A stretch of 41,050 nt of DNA, taken from positions 1 through 41,050 of the forward strand of contig ML002332.1 in NCBI GenBank assembly GCA_003614675.1. The letters run 5' to 3'. Shown here one piece after another: positions 37,292-41,050 of the stretch. This DNA comes from Dimargaris cristalligena (taxonomy: Eukaryota). Both the position numbers and the translations under genes were made by a program. Below the pieces are notes generated by a model. That model did no database searches and was not told where the DNA came from. It saw only the letters and a program-made list of their open reading frames with translations. Within the stretch, counting starts at the first letter, position 1. Every line of letters begins with the position of its first letter.

Positions 37292-38615
37292 AGGGTACTA
37301 TTTTTCAGAATTTATCCACTGACCGTCATTTCACACTGTCGCGGTTGGGGAGAGAGGGGGGAAGTTATGCCATTTATACAACTGCCTTTTCCCGTCTCTC
37401 TTATATTCTGACAGTATTAATCTTTTTATTCTTCACTCGGACCACAAGTCCAGGTGGCTTTTTAAATATATATATATATACTGTTTTAATCAATTTTCGA
37501 CCAAACATGAATCCTCAATGAATAGTTTGAATGATCCCAAAAAAAGGGGGGGGGGCTAGTAATGAAAGTAGAAGCATGTGAGGTAGTATAGAATGGTCCG
37601 GTCATTATGCATATTTCAGTTTAGTCGTCTGGCGATAAGACCATGCATGTTATTTTGGGTAGTATATCCCATTCGGGCTTGCCATGGTTCGGAAATATGA
37701 AACCCCATGATCATTCCGTTTGGCTATTGTTGGAGCAGCAATTAGCAAGGTTTTGCTGATTGAAAGTATCCATTAAATAAAATTTTGTGCACGTAATTGA
37801 ACCAGTTGGATAAGGGTTACGGGTGGAATACAATGAGCGGAATAGGTGGAGTAGTAAATTTTTTAACGACTAAATCCTGTCTTAAAAACCGGATTTTTCA
37901 CCATGCAGCTGTCTTGAATGTATCCCACATTAAACATTCCAAGTTAATGACACTGAGTTTAGTGCATAGACATCATGCATTAAGGTCAACGGTTAATTTG
38001 GCATGTTGGTAAGGCTGCCATTAGAACTAAAATCAAGTAGTATGTCCATTCTAACGGTGGTCTACGTATAGGTTTTTAGACTAGTATCGAAAAACTGGAT
38101 AGTCAGTGAGGCCAGTCGAAACAGTGCAAATAATATCATGTATACCACCAGGCTATCAAATTAAACCCATCATTTTAGATGTTGACAAGCCCATTTTAAC
38201 TAGCCGAGTTGGTAATGTACAGCAAAATTTACAAGGTGATTTTTTTTAAATTCACAATCCCAGCCTTGTCCATACAGAAACGGGGGAATCGCCATAGTAA
38301 TCGAGAAATTCCAAGTATAATGCCGACTACTACTACTATTACTACCCTTTATCGTAGCTGGCCGTGCAACCAAACTATTAGATGGCTACTACCGATCGGT
38401 ATTTATTCTCCCCAAAAGATTCGATATAAAAAATAGGGGAATATCGCCCTTGTTTGGCCATTGGAAAGGGTAGCCTTCAAAAAGTCAAATCAGGATGAAG
38501 CATAAAAATAGGATAGTAAAGGTCTGGGAGAGGGGCCTTAAAAGCATCAGTTATCGGAAGGGTGGGGTACGAAAGCGTTCGAAAATGGGGGAAGTAGGAC
38601 GTTTTGCTTAACTTG

Positions 38616-38641
38616 ATATATATATATATATATATATATAT
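38616..38641. repeat. (AT)13 microsatellite
   Basis: Direct sequence. Confidence 0.9.
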
Positions 38642-39678
38642 TTGGGACGGGGATATCAGTCACCCCTTTATATTACGTTAGATTGACATTGCTACCATCA
38701 AAGCCTTTAATCTAACCGTACATCGTAGGTCTATTCCATATGCCCATCGGGGGGATAATGGCACATTGGGTTGCCTGTATTCAGGATTGGGTAAGGTATA
38801 GTTAGCAACCACCCACATTCTCTTTGGCGATCATTTAAATAGCGATACGGAAGCTTTCTATTAGAAATACAGTAGTAGGTTAATAACTTGGTCTTTCTTG
38901 GACACAATTTACTGGATATAATATCCAAAGACACTACTTACAGTACCTGATCCTGAAGTAAGGCTATATCCAATGGTCTTACCCGGAAAAGGTTTCATTA
39001 TAATATGGTATTTATGCTAATTATACTGTAAACCACCCTGTGATCATGGGGTCTATTTTCATAGGAGGATAATCATATATGAAATCAATTGCGGGGCCCT
39101 GCCATGGAGCCTGCTAATTGTTCTATTTGGGTAGACAATAATACCCTGCCGGCTGAACCGGTTAAGCCCTACTGGACCAGTTTAACCATCAATCAAGTGA
39201 TCACTGTCTGGACATGGTACATGCAATATTATTTACGACATTTCTAACCGGAATTGCGAAATCTGTGTTGGAAATATTAAAGGGACGTGTCAATAAAGCT
39301 GAGGTAAAGGGAAGAAAGCAGCTAGAGGATGGTAGTAAGTACCTCTATGTGGTTAGTTTTATGGAAAACTAAAATCGACAGGGGGCATTGTAAGTAGTTA
39401 AAATGAATGATCACAGGCTACCTAAATAAGCCAACAGAATTGGTGGAAACTGGATAGAATAAAAGATCAGTCGGGACATTTTATTTTACAATAATAGTAC
39501 CTGTTGATTAATGGTGATAATGGGAATTAAAAAAACCAGTAGTTAAGATCAGATACTAATATGCTAATGAGTAAGTATTAAGTCACGATGGCAAGACTTT
39601 CACCACTTAAAAAAGGCACTTTTAGGGAGAAAAGGGGTCCGGGTTCATTACCGGGGTACTCAAGGGAATACCTCCAAA

Positions 39679-40032
39679 TTACGAACTATGGATTAAAAAA
39701 ATGCCAAATACACCTCCAATTCTACCTCCACTGATAATCATATTCTCAGTTCGGGTGGGTACACGTGATACATGAAAAGATGATTCTCGCTTTCGGAATC
39801 GCTGTTGGATAATAGAACGGGTGTTCCGAGCACGAACCGATCGGGAGGAAAAAGAGCGGTGGCGTCCGGTCAGCAAGGCGCGAGCCTCGGGTGGCGATAT
39901 CGCTCCCCGTTTGGTTACCAGAAGGGCCTGCTCGGCTTCAGCGAGACCCGGAGCGGCTGTCGCCTGGGGAGCTACAAGGAGTAAAGCCACGGCGACGAAA
40001 ATGGCCTTGGTGTATACGCTGGCGACCTTCAT
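39679..40032 (-). CDS. Small secreted protein / putative Kex2-processed peptide precursor (117 aa)
   Basis: Signal peptide MKVASVYTKAIFVAVALLLVAPQATA-AP; dibasic sites KR (aa 41-42) and RKR (aa 80-82); TATAAAA on the minus strand about 110 nt upstream (about 40142-40148). The 3' third is less coding-like. Confidence 0.6.
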   Translation of the reverse strand: MKVASVYTKAIFVAVALLLVAPQATAAPGLAEAEQALLVTKRGAISPPEARALLTGRHRSFSSRSVRARNTRSIIQQRFRKRESSFHVSRVPTRTENMIISGGRIGGVFGIFLIHSS

Positions 40033-41050
40033 GGGGGGAATGCGTTGGTGGGGGAAGGAGGGATTGAAATAGAAATACAGCTATCTTGTAAACCACTAAG
40101 AATACGAAGTTCAAGGCAGGCCGCTGTTAAAATCTGGTCGTATTTTATAAATAGTGGAGGGTTTGTAAAAAAAACCAAAAAAATAAAATGGTATGAGTGG
40201 CAGCTAGACAGGATACAATGGCCTAGGTGGGAGAAGATGGTGCTGGAGGGACCAGGGGGTGCGAAGGCAGGGTTTAAATATTGAAGACCAAAGCTCCTTA
40301 CTCCTCCCCATCCCTCGGCCCAAATCAATTGCACATCTAACTCTTTTATTTTTTTAGGGCCGACTCGAAGGTGCCAGTCAATTTCCCCCACCGAAAAAAC
40401 GGTGTAGTTTTCATAAATGCTGCTAATGTACACAGGGAGTAGCAGCTGGGCAGAGGGGCTAGTCAATGATTAACCATGCGGATCAGCCCGATCGATGCGA
40501 AAACATGTTTAACGCTACACGCTATTCGATAGTCTTCGAATATAGATTGAAGTAAGGTATTAGGCGACGATACATACATTCCACCTTGGTGTTGACGGTG
40601 TAGTGGGCCGAAGAGGACTGATTGACTCAGCAGGCGGAACATTGAGATGGTCCACGAGTTGTCTAGGTCCATCAACAGACACCAAGCCTTGTATATACAG
40701 ATCGGCAAAATGACGCAGCACCGATTACAGAACTGGAAGACTGTGCAATACACGCCCTGCTGGATAAAATATGGGCGGATTGCTTGACTCCATGGCGCCC
40801 ACTATCCACTAAAAAATAAAATCGGTCGGTTTAGATTGCGAGAATCAAAAAGGGTTGCCTTTAGGATTATCGCTGATCGTGATTATTGGCAGGACGATTG
40901 ACTTGACTGTTAAATTAAAGCTACTCCTGCTCAACCCGCAGGGTAGGAAACATATGGGAGAAGTTCATACAGGCTGTATAACGAAAAATCCATTAGATTC
41001 GGCCAATATTACTAGTTAAAAATACATTTCCCATATATTTTCCCATACAC

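Noticed and set aside
1-41050. Frequent TGGCCA palindromes across the window
   Set aside because: Apparent enrichment is modest by eye, with no periodicity or clustering; needs a k-mer count against genome background.

Overview
Eukaryotic genomic DNA with GT-AG introns, CTAAC-type branch points and microsatellites. The gene content is clearly fungal, and the 5S sequence type and gene style suggest a non-ascomycete, probably early-diverging lineage (inference). In order, the window holds: about 11.7 kb with no credible gene; a CreA/Mig1 C2H2 carbon-catabolite repressor; an Mtc1-like gene (3 exons); a CHTOP/FoP-like gene with duplicated C-terminal UAP56-binding motifs (2 exons); two dispersed 5S rRNA genes only about 72% identical but with compensatory base-pair changes; a small ankyrin-repeat gene; an unusual single-pass membrane protein combining a dileucine sorting motif, a PAM2 motif and CCCH zinc finger(s); a Bdf1/BET double-bromodomain+ET gene; and a small secreted Kex2-type precursor. 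Downstream of the BET gene are three more coding exons that resemble the C-terminal extension of metazoan BRD4-long (NxxxWAxL motif and P-TEFb-interacting-domain-like helix). They can be spliced in frame onto the BET SEED exon, which suggests a BRD4-S/BRD4-L-like isoform system in a fungus. All homology calls come from recognising motifs by eye; no database search was run.
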